This document shows, piece after piece, positions 11,853 to 23,160 of a stretch of 64,000 nt of DNA (the first letter of the stretch is position 1; each line of letters opens with the position of its first letter). A model generated the notes under the pieces. That model was not told where the DNA came from and ran no database searches. It was given only the letters and a program-made list of their open reading frames with translations. The stretch is taken from positions 194,328 through 258,327 of the forward strand of contig RHPI01002615.1 in the NCBI GenBank assembly GCA_009103225.1. The letters run 5' to 3'. The DNA is from Chlorokybus atmophyticus. Its lineage: Eukaryota > Plantae > Mesostigma and Chlorokybus algae. The translations under genes were made by a program, and so were the position numbers.

Positions 11853-13450
11853 TATACGGCGCGACTCTGGATCGATACCCAATGGTGTGGCTGCCATTGC
11901 GTGTATTGCAGCGCAACGTGCCTGCGTAAGGTCGTCGTAGTGGGCCAGGTTGGACGGGTTCTGGCGTGGCAACCGTTGTGGTGCCCCGTCCCTCTGGTTT
12001 CTCACCATCCCAAACAGGGAGAGCGCGTCGTGACTATATATAGGTATATATAGATATATATAGGTCGGCGTCGGCGTCGGCGTCGGCGCGGGGGCGAGCG
12101 TCGTCAGCCTCACGCTGTGGAGGCCGGTTCTTGCCTCGATAGCCATTGCCTTCCTTGTGGGCTCCCGTATTGCCGCGGTTGGCATGTTGTTATTATTATT
12201 GTTGTACCCATTGTTCGGCCTAAACTCCGCGAACTCCGTGAACTTGGCATAACACACTATTTCCAAGTGACCAATTTTGTGGCAGTAATCACATACCAGA
12301 GAGGCGTATTTCTCAGCACATTCATTTTGATAGTGCCGTCGCGATTACAGCGATGGCACATGACTGGAGCCAGAGCGACGTGAGCTGCACGAGGTGGTGC
12401 CTTTTATGGCGGCCTCGTACGCGGCTGATCTCGTGCACACTCTTTGCGGCTTGGCTCAGGTGCTTATGGGGCTGAGAGCCGTGAGACAGTGCGGGTGCCA
12501 TCCAACACTGCCTTCTCTCAGACTTATTGGACGTAATAAGACAGTGCAGCTGCTGATGCTTGCTGTAGCGTATACCCGCGTGGATGAGTACCGTTCAGCG
12601 TCATGCGAACACTGTTGCGGAGCGTTGGCTCGAGCTAAAATACGTACACCATCGATGCTTGCTCTTCCGTCAGCACACGACAGACTGTATCCGAGAGTAG
12701 GCCTTCCATACGGGCATACATTTGAAAAGGGTCCTTGTTGGCCTTGCGTATCAAGTGGCGCAACTCTTCAACCTTGTAGCTGGTTGAAGGGGGAAATGTA
12801 CGTTGAAAAGCTGCATGCAAGTCCGCAAGGGGAGACACGGTACGGGCCACATCAATGGGAAGGGTGGCAGGGCGCAAAGTAACAGATACAGCGGACATTG
12901 TGCTACCCGACATTGTAACAGGGCCAGGGGTTGGTGGCAGACTCGCAGCTGTGTCTTCCGCTGTGAGTTGATGTGTCTGCAACATAATGGCCATGCGCTC
13001 ACACAATGTTGTCAAGCGAAGATCAGAGCGGCAATCTCCTCAGCTGTGTTGTCTGTAATGTTCATTGCGGGTTCTAATGTCTCAGCTTGCTGGCTAATGG
13101 TGCGCATCATAGCAGCAAACGGCCAAGGACCGTGACATGCAATATTGGGGTGGTAGGGGCGGTAACTGCAGTTCCTGTGCGTGGACTAATGGCGACTATC
13201 TTATGCAGAGCAACAACTGACCTCAAGACTAAATGGGCCTTAAAGTCCAGGTACTGCGTGGACATCTAGAATAAAAAAAGCTCTGTCCCGGCATTACTGC
13301 TCTTGTGGGCGAGGAAACGCCATCTTGGTCTTATATTTGATGAACTCGTCAAGTGCCAGGACGGTTAGAGAAGCGCAGGGATGAGGAAGACCAGGAGTGC
13401 TCCATCTCGTCGTCGTTCAAATCGTTGTCACCATCAGGGATGACCGAGGT
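11853..13450 (-). mobile_element. Degenerate gag of a second Gypsy subfamily
   Basis: SLRFS..LDEFI, SPLADLHAAFQRTFPPSTSYKVEELR..DPFQMYARMEGLLSDT, HVALAPVMCHRC and CDYCHKIGHLEIVC, homologous to the gag at 16322-18124. Confidence 0.85.
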
Positions 13451-14001
13451 GTACTGCCGGTGAGGAGTAGGATGTTAGGAGCTGCTCCTTAGGGACGAGC
13501 AAGAACCGTGGCTGCTTTCAAAGAATGAGCGCGGACTGTGATGGCTGGCGTAGTCTCTTGCGGTGTTAAAGTTGCTGCGCTCGTAGGTGACGTCCGAGCT
13601 CAGGTTTTAGCTGTCGAAGTCGCGCGAACCTTCATCGTCAATGGTTTTGCTAGCAAGTCCCTCGTAGATGTGTTCCCCCTCACGAAATTCCCTACTCATC
13701 AAACTGATGCTGGACATGATAGTAAAATGCAGCATAGCGTGTGTATGCTCTTGCGGCTATGTCGCCGATACTGTTCACTTCGCCCGCAAGTGACTATGCA
13801 GTCCACTATATGGTGACAATGATAACTAATCATTGAATGCCTTGAGGTGTAACTTAAAATGTAAGATGTAATGTAAGAGTGCATAATCCAAAATTGTTGC
13901 CTATGCTGGCCAGGTGGTTAGCCAATATCAATTGCAGACGTGCCATTAAGGCACTCAGTTGTTGATGCTCATTGATGTGCTCATCTTGAGAAACGAAATA
14001 C

Positions 14002-14107
14002 GCGTGACCGGTGAGGTTGAGCACCCCGGGTGCTCAATCTTACCGGTCACGCCTATTCCTTTCACTATAGCCAATGCTTGCTTCTCGCAGCAATAGCATT
14101 GGCTATA
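14002..14107. repeat. Two adjacent long hairpins
   Basis: 24-bp arms at 14002-14025 and 14029-14052 (two G:T pairs). Perfect 13-bp arms at 14066-14078 and 14095-14107. Confidence 0.9.
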
Positions 14108-14149
14108 ATAAAAGGTGGTAGGTGTTCAAGTGCCCGAGTCAGATTGTCT

Positions 14150-15518
14150 TCGAGGTCTTTATGAGGGTCCTCGGATGTAGTGCGGTAGTACTGGTTATTA
14201 ATAACCTCCTGCAAAGCTTTTTTTCACACTTTGTTTAATTTGTGCGGAGAGGGCCACCTCGTTATCATGGGTATGGGGTGCCTGGCCGTAGGCAAGAGCC
14301 AACTGCTTGCCAAACTTTTAAGTCTCATTGGAAGGTTGCTCATCATCATCCGGCAAGTCTCGACGTGGGCAGCCCCTGACCAAGTTGCGTCATTACGTCT
14401 ACATCTGGCCTTACCGTTGTGGGTGCCCTTAAATGCAGGCAAAAAAGTTTGTGTCGGAGGGAAGCACAGGAGTTGACCTACGGGGTTGGTGTTGAACAGC
14501 TTGCATGGCGTTGCGCCACGCAGCTTGACGGAAGTCCTGTAGGACTGGAGGTGTGGCTGCAAGGGCCGGCAAAAGACGAATAGCGAGCATGGCCTCACGC
14601 CAAACAGTTTGTCGTTGCTCGTGCAGCTGCTCCGGTGTGGGTGCTAGCGAGGCCTCTGCCATTAGTGAATCAACCCCGGGCCGCTGCGAGGGTGGAGAAG
14701 GATACCGGCTCGGAGGTGGGTGAGCGAGGAGGTGAGCGTCGCGTTGCCCTGACTGATTGCGTGAAGTGGGTGGCAGTGCAAGTGGCAAACTAGTTGCTGT
14801 TAAGGAGGTCTTCCAGCTAATCCCTTCGGCTGCGTAAGTCCTTATTTCCTACGAGCAGCCCATCTCTTTCGCCCTGAAGGCTGGTGTTGCCTTTGAAAAC
14901 GGAGGCAACCTTAGCTTCATGCTTGCCCCCGGCCTTGTTGCTATTAGCAGGGCCGGCTTAGCCCTTGCCTTTCCACTTGTTGGTGTTGTTGATATTGTTC
15001 CTATGGTCAGCACTAGCGCCGGCTGGAGAGGTTTCTGTTTTTGGAGCTTCCCTCAGAGCTTTCCTCTGGGAATAGTGTGTAGCACACTACCTCAAGGTGC
15101 CCGTCCATGCCGCAATGATTGCGGTGGGCATCAGCGCGTTGCACAGGGCAGTCTTTGATGAAGTGCCCTTCTTTCCCACAACGATGACAGGTCAGGTAAG
15201 AATTGTCTTCCACTCGCACAACGGCGTGGGCTGTGCGTGTGTGCTTGGGTGGTGCCGAGGTGAAGGCTGAAGCGGTGCCGCTGCTGCAATGCGCGAGGCC
15301 ACTAAATTTAGCACCATGCTCTTGCACAGGATCTTCCTGCGAGTACACGACGCGCATGTATGCCTGGTACACGGTGTAGTTGGCGACGCCGTTAAGGTCA
15401 ACCTTCACATGTTTGCGCGGAGGTGGGTCAAGATTCTCCACGAACACCCGCGTTTATTGATAAGGATTGAGGAGAGGCATCTCGTTCAGGGTGGTGTCCT
15501 CAACCAGATTGACAATGT
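14150..15518 (-). mobile_element. Degenerate gag C-terminal half of a third Gypsy subfamily, cut at 15518
   Basis: IVNLVEDT..VFVENLDP, CHRCGKEGHFIKDC and HCGMDGHLEVVC knuckles, followed by an unrecognised disrupted ORF. Confidence 0.75.
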
Positions 15519-16111
15519 TGTCATGCCTATCGCCCGGGCATGCCAGTCGTCATCGGGCATGCCTACAGCGAGACCCTCGCCCGGCTTACCAGCATGGCGA
15601 CCCGCGCGCGTCACTGACCAGTAGCTAGGTCATGTCTTTAGAGTAGCTCATGACCATAGCCTACATAGGCACCGCGCGTAGCTGTTCAGTTGTGAGTTCA
15701 GTTATAAGTTAGGTTCTATATCCTGTGGAAGTAGCCTCGATATGACCGTTAGCTTATGTTCTGGACAGTCATGAGTTGACCTGTATAAGTAGGCACAGTG
15801 TTCACCGGATCAGCTGGTGACACTGTAAGTGAGAAAGCTAAGAGCTTGTGAAGCCACTTGAACAACGAAACACGCCGTCCCGGTTCCCCAGAATCCCCTC
15901 ATCGTGTGAGAGCCTGTGCATGTTCTTGTGCACTGTGCTTGTCCTTGTTGTGAGCTTGGTGTACTTGGTCGCGGGGTGCTTGTTGGCATCAGTTAGGGCA
16001 TAGCATCCACGTGTTGCTTGCTCATTCACCTCACTTAACAGTGTAATTTCTCTTCCACTCATGCAAAGAACTGTGTAAACAGCGCTACCTATAGTAGTGG
16101 CTTGTTGACTT
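15519..16111 (+). repeat. Segment A (5' terminal/leader), copy 1
   Basis: Begins TGTCATGCC. About 98% identical to 25188 onward over the first ~165 bp, falling to roughly 80% after ~330 bp. Contains several hairpins. Confidence 0.9.
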
Positions 16112-16321
16112 ACACTGTCACCCTCTTTGCTCAAGTGAGTGTAGTTGCAGGCTACACATCAGCATCGCAATCTGTAGTTGTACACATCTTAGTGCAGTGT
16201 TGTCACCGTCATCGCATAGCGCGCACAAGCACTAGTGTGTTGGGTGATAGCAGCATTGGAGATCCCACTGTAGAGCACAAACACTCTACCCTTCATCCAC
16301 TTTCACCATCGCATCAGATGT

Positions 16322-18124
16322 ATGAGCAGGCCCACCCCTGTCTCGCCAATAGAAGAATGGAACCTCAACAGCTGGAGCCCAACCTCCAACCTTACCTACG
16401 AGCGCGCAAGTGAAGGGAGCGATTACCGTAGCAGCAGAGGCTCACGCCCCGTCTCCGGCTTCACCTCCTCTCACTCCACTCCTCGACAACGAGCATCTCC
16501 ACCACCGTCGGACAGTGACGACGAGGAGATGGAGCCTTCCAGCTCAATCAACTCCCTACGCTTCTCCGGATGCCCTGGCACCACTTCACTTGACGAGTTC
16601 ATCATCAAGTTCCACTCCAAGATGCGGCAGCAAGCCCTCAAGGGCAAGGACTGGACAGATGAGGTATCATTTCATGTGTCTGCTCAATACCTTGATCACG
16701 AAGCACATGATGTGTGGAAGTCCGTCGCTGAGTTGCACGAGATTGATGGCTATGGCGAATTGGCCAGCACAATATCCTCCACGTCACTGCATAGCCCATC
16801 GGTTACTGTCCCTATAACAGCGGCCCCGCCAGCCTCAGTCACGGGTCTCACTCTAGCTGCAGCCACGGAGAAGGCAGAGAATGAAGAAGTTGAGGTGGTA
16901 GTGGCCTCATTGACTCCTGCAGAGATCGAAAGCAAGAAGGCCGAGCGCCGGATCAGGATACTCAACCGCACCGCTGCCATCATCAGGGAGCAACAAGAGG
17001 AGCAGCAAGCTGCAGCATTGGAGATGGGTACGCCCCTGCTATCAACACCGAACTCGCGCGCTCCAGCGGGAGGCAGTGTTTTCACCCTCGGCTCAGTGGC
17101 ATTGCGTGCACCCGCGCTTACGGTGGGCGCGGCCATGTCGGACTCCCCGTTGAAGGACCTCTACGCCGCACTCCGGCGCACCTTCCCACCTCAAACCAAC
17201 AGCAAGGTGGAGGAGTTGAGGCGTTTTCGACGGAAGCCCCACGAGGACCCTCTCCGACTGTATTCACGGTTGGAAGGGTTGCTTAAAGACACTGACTACA
17301 AGATCGTCAGTGAGGAGGCGGCAGCAGTGGTGTATGTGGCCGAGTTGGATCCCACCCTGAGCAAGTCAACGCGCCTGACGCTGAACTACAGCAGGCCCCT
17401 CGGCTACACCCTCAATGAAGCTTTTGAGACTGCGCAAGCCATCCATAAGCGCGCAGTGTATGAGAAAGCGGTGCTGGATACCAACCGCAGTGCCTCGCGG
17501 CCTATGGTAGGCACAAGTGCAGAGCCTCTTCGGCGGGACCGCAGCCGAGAGCCGCAAGGCATCCACAACAAGGATAAACGGTTAGCTCATGTTGCCCTTG
17601 TGGCTCCAGTGCTGTGCCATCGGTGTGGTCGACATGGCCACTACCAAAAGGCGTGCACCGAAGATTACGGCAACCTTGTGTGCGACTACTGCCACAAGAC
17701 GGGACACTTGGAGACAGTATGCTGGCTCAAGTTCCCTGAGCTGCGGCCCTCTATTGGCTACAACAACGGCAACAACGCTGTTGGCTACCGCGGCAACAAC
17801 AACAACAACAACGGGGGCTACAACAACAGCAACCACGCTGGCGGCTACAACAATGGCAACAACGCTGGTGGTCGCAACAACAACAACAACAACAACGCTG
17901 GGGCCCGCAAGGAAGAAGCTGGCTACAGAGGGAAAAACCGCCCTCCACAGCACAACGGACCTGAGGGACGTCCTCGCGCTGGAGCTGCTGCTGTAAAGGC
18001 ATCAGCCAATCCACCAGCTATTGACCAAGTGGCAGCCCTGATGGCGCGCGTGGCACAGCTGGAGGAGAACAAGGAGCAGGACTATCATTCCTGCTATGCT
18101 GCTAGGTGGGCATTGATGGCATAA
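16322..18124 (+). pseudogene. gag: Gag with two CCHC zinc knuckles and an N/G-rich tail
   Basis: 600-aa ORF with CHRCGRHGHYQKAC and CDYCHKTGHLETVC. The TAA at 18122 corresponds to CCA in the sister copy (~27474), so the ORF originally continued. Confidence 0.9.
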
Positions 18125-18559
18125 AAACGGGATAGGGACACTCCCACGCCGTCACGCGTACAACCATCAAGACGTGCGCGCAGGGAAGCTGACGCGTCGT
18201 CAACAGCGGCATCGTCGGACGCCACAAGTGGTGCTGCCTCGGCGGCCACAGCCACTGTTGGGACAACGCCGTCGGCGACACCGTTGGCGTCCACACCGAC
18301 CACGACAGCAGGTGTCAGCACTCTTGGCACCACGCTGTCCCCGGTGATGGAAAGCACCCACGCCGCAACAACCATGGTCGTTGGGTTTGTGGGTGGTGAA
18401 TCCACCACTCCTGCCTCCATCGAAGCGACCACATCGGCCACAACAACTGCCACCCTCACAGCCGCCACCTCAGTAATGACGACTGCTGCAGGTGCCACCA
18501 CAATCGCCTCCAGTAGTGCTACCGCACCCACTACACCACTTCCTGAGATTCGAACGGCA

Positions 18560-20100
18560 CCGCCACCAGCGCTTGACGTCATACAGCAAGTGCCATGCGG
18601 ACCACAAGCAGAACGCGCCTGGGCGTCCGTTCTACGCAACGTGGAGCCCACCACCATTGCGTACGGAGCAGGGGGCAACGCACCACGCGCGTGGCACGCG
18701 ATGATCGCATCTTGCCCCTACCACCTCCAGAGTACCACACACTGCCGGAACCCACACAACAGCAGCTGGAGGATGTAATCCTCGCCGGCACTGCACCAGA
18801 GATGAGGGATCGTCTCTTCGGGGTCACCTACCAGCGACCTGCAGTGTTAGAGCTGGTCATTCAGTTGTTCTTAACGTTACACGCACGATTACAGGGCGCA
18901 CCCAGTCAAACGCGGCAACCCATGCCCGCTCAATAGATCGACTTCGAGCCCTCGCCACTGGACCCACTCGGACTCCAGCGCCACAACATGCAAGACCTCG
19001 TGGTCACCATGTTAGACATTGCGCTAGGCGCTGATCTCGCTCTCCGGGGGCTCACTCCAGGCAGTCGTCAAGAGCGGTTCTCTGCCCTCGAACAGGCACA
19101 TCGTTATCAGGTGGACCAAGCTGCCCAAGTGGACGCGCGCCGACAGGCGTACGAAGCAGCGCACGCCGTTATCGTATTAACCGTAGCCCCGGCAAATGTT
19201 GCCAGCGCCTCCACGGCGCTGACCACAATGTACTCCACGGCGGTCGCCATCGAACAGCCAAGACAAGCAACTGTTGCAGACTAAGCGAGGGCCTTGGCGC
19301 AACAATTAAGGGGGGTAATCGCCCCGCTGCTGCCTCTTTTGGTCGAAGACATACCTGAGGATCAACGCGATGCAGGGCGAGGGTACCTCACCCCGCAAGG
19401 GGACACCACACAACGAGGAGGAGCTGGTATGGTGGGGGAGCAACAACTCCGTACCGCACTCATTTGGCAAGCAGTCATGTTGTACAGGCCTGAGGGCAAC
19501 ACATTAAGACAGATAATGGGGATGCGAGAGGGCAGCGCCGCTCGAGCCCGTCTCATGACATGGCTCGTTGCCAATCACCTGGCTGTCCCCCTGTTTGCCT
19601 TTGGCAACCGAGCATCATGGTTGAGGGCATTCGTTTGTTCGCTGCAACAAGCATACGACGAGGCTGCCACCACAGCCCCGGACACGCTGGAGGGAGTGCA
19701 AGAGGCAATGCTGCGGCTGCCAGGGGTGGAAGCCGCACGACAACGGCGGCGCATCGCCATTGCTCATGAGCTACACACACAGCAGACTGACCTCCAGCGC
19801 ACCCTACGCGCGCGCGCCATGACCGTGCTCGATGTTGGAGTGGTACAAGGAAGGTGGGATGCCTACGGTAGGGAGCTTGCGAGTCCCCACCATCACCCAC
19901 GACATGCGGCGACAGCTACTACGCGCCGTATATCTGCAGCCCATGCCTCAATATCATCACTGGACCGACATGGACACCGAGCCCACGGCTACGTGGGAAG
20001 GGACGTTGGTCAGAGAAGCGGCTCATGCTGTCCGATGGACGTACACCGCGAAGCAAGCTGAACGCGAGGCAGGCCCACAAACACCGGGTCCGCCGGGGTT
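18560..20100 (+). pseudogene. Unknown conserved region between gag and protease
   Basis: Conserved with 27890-29350 at the protein level (DQRDAGRGYLTPQG, LFAFG.R..WL.AF, GRWDAY, LLRAVYLQPMP, LVREAAHAVRWTY). Confidence 0.8.
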
Positions 20101-20299
20101 TCCTCCACAGCCATTGGGTACACCCGCGGGCATGATTCCATCTTCGCAGAGGCTGCATCCACCTGCGCCGCCACCACAACCGGCGCCGGAACCTCCAGCA
20201 CCGAGGCCCCCCCGTGTCTACCAACACCACGACAAGGTCGGTTCGGCAGAGGGAGAAGGCAAGGAGGGGCTCTCCGGCACCAGCAGGCAGAGGAGCTCT

Positions 20300-20800
20300 G
20301 GCTGCAATGCGCTCAGCACCCCCAGTTGAGAGAACTGAGGCAAAGGTACAGACAGCTTGGATGAAGAGGCTGCGCATCAACGCCAATGCTGCCATGGTGG
20401 CCAACCAAAGCAAGCACGTTACCATTAACGGCCTGGCACCTAAGCGAGTAATGTTGGACACCGGAGCACAGCCTGTCATTATCGAGCGCTTCCTCGCGCG
20501 GTCCCTCGGCATAACCAGCTCCGACTTGGTGCCTTGCCCGTACGTGTTGGACACTGCCACAGGTAGCCGAGATAAGGTGATGGGAGTCACCAGGGAGGCC
20601 TTTTGCATTCGTTCAACAGAGCTGGACTGAACCCACACAACCGAGATCGTCCAGCAATGTGTGATCACCAATGCCGGCTCCTTCGACTTTGTGTTTGGGC
20701 AGGACTTCAACTTCCCTGTGGGCATGGGCCTCGACTGCTGGACAGAGCGAGCGTGGTTTCGGCCACATTGGGATGAGGATGACGGAGAGGTGCAGGGTTT
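20300..20800 (+). pseudogene. Retroviral-type aspartic protease
   Basis: RVMLDTGAQPVII (LDTG at 20454-20465) and downstream FDFVFGQDF (LG.DF-like motif). Confidence 0.85.
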
Positions 20801-21183
20801 CTCGCCTCTTAAGTTGGTCGCGCACGCGCGCCCAACGCAAAGTGGCTGCTGTGGCCACACGCGGCCACGCCCGCACACGGGAGGCTGCAACGGCCACATA
20901 CGACGGCGCTCGGACGCAAGTCGCTGCTGGAGCCACGGCCCCGTGTCGATCCGTTGACTCCTCTCCCACCCCGTAAAACGAGGAGCAGGAGGATGCCACC
21001 GTGGAAGTAGCATTACAAGACCCAGCTGAACGGCGCTGGCGCGCACAGATGGACGCACACGTCTTGCTCAGCCATCCACTGATCACCACGCGCTTCCCCA
21101 ACTACTGAAGCCACAACAAGGTGCAGGACCACCATATGGTGGTCACCGGAGTGGTGGAGTTCCACACCTTTTGCAGGCAACAG

Positions 21184-21570
21184 GGCATCACAGTGTTGGA
21201 GCTGTTTGGAGGCATTAGCAGTGGTCTTGCCGCGGTCCTCAACACGGGTGTGAAGGTTGTCAAATACTATTACTGCGACCCAGACCCACACGCGCAAATG
21301 GTCCTCAATCAACCCGATCAGCCCCGTCGCGCACTCCCCACATTGGTGTCCTACCCGGGCTCCTACGCATTTCGGAACGGTGGAGACGGGATGGTGTTTA
21401 ATGCGACCACCAACAGGCTGGAGGAACCCAACGCACGCGAACGTGGACGCGCCATGGGGTTCTTCCCCAACAGCATCACGGGCTCATCGCTGACAGATAG
21501 TCAGCAATGCCAGCTGCTTGGCCGCGCCATGGACCAGAACAGCATGGTATGGCTGCTGGAGCTGAGCTTC
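21184..21570 (+). pseudogene. DNMT3-like C5-cytosine methyltransferase remnant (motifs I-II fused to the C-terminal region with motifs IX-X)
   Basis: GITVLELFGGISSGLAAVLNTGVKVVKYYYCDPDPHA resembles DNMT3 IRVLSLFDGIATG..LG..V..Y..SEV. ERGRAMGFFPNSITGSSLTDSQQCQLLGRAMD resembles [31 protein letters not shown]. Confidence 0.85.
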
Positions 21571-21789
21571 GCATTGCAGGACCGCCACGTGACCTTCGAG
21601 GATCTCGAACACTTGGCTGGGGGGTGGGCTGATCGCGTTGCCGACACCAAGGCAGCTCACACAGCCCTCGAGGTGGTCCACATGGAGGAGCAAGCAGCAG
21701 TGCCAGTGGAGGACATTCCCGTGGTTGCCAATGCGACCTCATGGGACCATGCCATTGGCCCTTTGGCCACAGAAGACACTCGAGAGAGA

Positions 21790-22700
21790 AGCTGGAGGCT
21801 CTCTTCAACAAATGGAGGAGCCAATTCAGCTTCTATGTGAAGGAATTGGGTACATGCTCAGTGTACCAGATGGACATCGAGCTGGTGGACACTGAGCCGG
21901 TGTTCCGGCGGCAATACAGGCTCTCCAAGTTGGAAGAGGACCTGGTGGAGCAGAGATGTAAGGCGCTGCTTGATGCAGGCCTTATCGAAGAGTCTACATC
22001 GGACTTCGCAGCAGCAACCGTCATGCCATTGAAGAAGGATTCAGCAGGCACCTGGACAGAGCGACGCATGTGTGGCAACTATCGCCCCCTCAACAACAAG
22101 ACCAAGCAAGATAGGTACCCCATGCCCACAGCAGAGGGTATCTTTGATGATGTGAGAAACTGCACAGTCTTCAGCATCCTGGACATGCGTCAAGGGTACA
22201 ACCAAATCGCCATCAAGGACGAGGACAAGCACAAGGCCTCTTTCCGGGGCAACCGACAGTTGTACCAATGGAAGGTAATGCCGTTCGGGCTGAAGAATCA
22301 TTCTTCAAGAATGCCCCCGCCAAGTTTCAACACGTCATGGACAAGGCCTTGAAGGGTTTGGACTTCGCGCGGTGCTACATCGATGACATTCTCATCTTCA
22401 GCCGCAGCAACGAGCATCTTCAGCACATCGAAGCGGTGCTGAAACGACGAAGGGAGTGGGGATGACCGTACACCCCGACAAGTGTACCTTCTTCACCCAC
22501 AAGGTGCCGTACTTAGGGCACATGATTGTGCCCCATGGTGTGTATGTGCAGCAGGCAAAAGTAGAGGCTCTAGCAGCTATCCCTGCCCCGACAGACCTCA
22601 CACGTTTGCGCACTTTCTTGGGACTTGCCAACTATCGCCGGTTCGTGAAGGACTTCGCGAAGATCGCAAGGCCCCTCAACGAGCTACTGAAGAAGGAGGT
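21790..22700 (+). pseudogene. Reverse transcriptase
   Basis: RMCGNYRPLN, DRYPMP, FSILDMRQGYNQI, YQWKVMPFGLKN, YIDD at 22376-22387, KCTF..VPYLGH, FLGLANYRRFV. Frameshifted. Confidence 0.95.
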
Positions 22701-22789
22701 GGAGTTCGCATGGAAGGAGCCGCAACAGCTGGCCTTCAAGGAGCAAAAGAGCAGGCTCACCACCGCTCCCATCCTTCAACGTCCGGACT

Positions 22790-23160
22790 ACGCCAAGCCT
22801 TTCATCCTTCACACCGATTGGAGCAAGCTGGGAATGGGAGCGGCGCTGGTGCAGCACGATGAGAACAAGAAGGAGCGAGTGGTGTCATACGCCAGCCGAA
22901 GCAACAACAGCGCCGAGGCCAACTACAGCAGCTACGAAGGGGAGTGCCTCGCTGCAGTGTGGGCCATCTCCTTCTTCCGACCTTTCCGCTTTGGTCGGCA
23001 ATTCTAACTGATCACCGATCATCAGCCCCTCAAGTGGCTGATGACCAACCAACATCTGACAGGGAAACTTGCTCAATGGGCCCTGCTGTTGCAGGAATAC
23101 GACTTCGAGATCGACCACCGCGCTGGCCTCACCAACCAAAACGCCGATGGCTTCAGTCGC
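22790..23160 (+). pseudogene. RNase H
   Basis: FILHTDWSKLGMGAAL, YASRS..EANYSSYEGECLAAVWA, ITDHQPLKWL, LQEYDFEIDHRAG..NADGFSR. Confidence 0.95.

Noticed and set aside
18094-21101. Long antisense ORFs (e.g. 19919-21058, 18094-18678)
   Set aside because: They are shadow ORFs of GC-rich coding sequence with no motifs.
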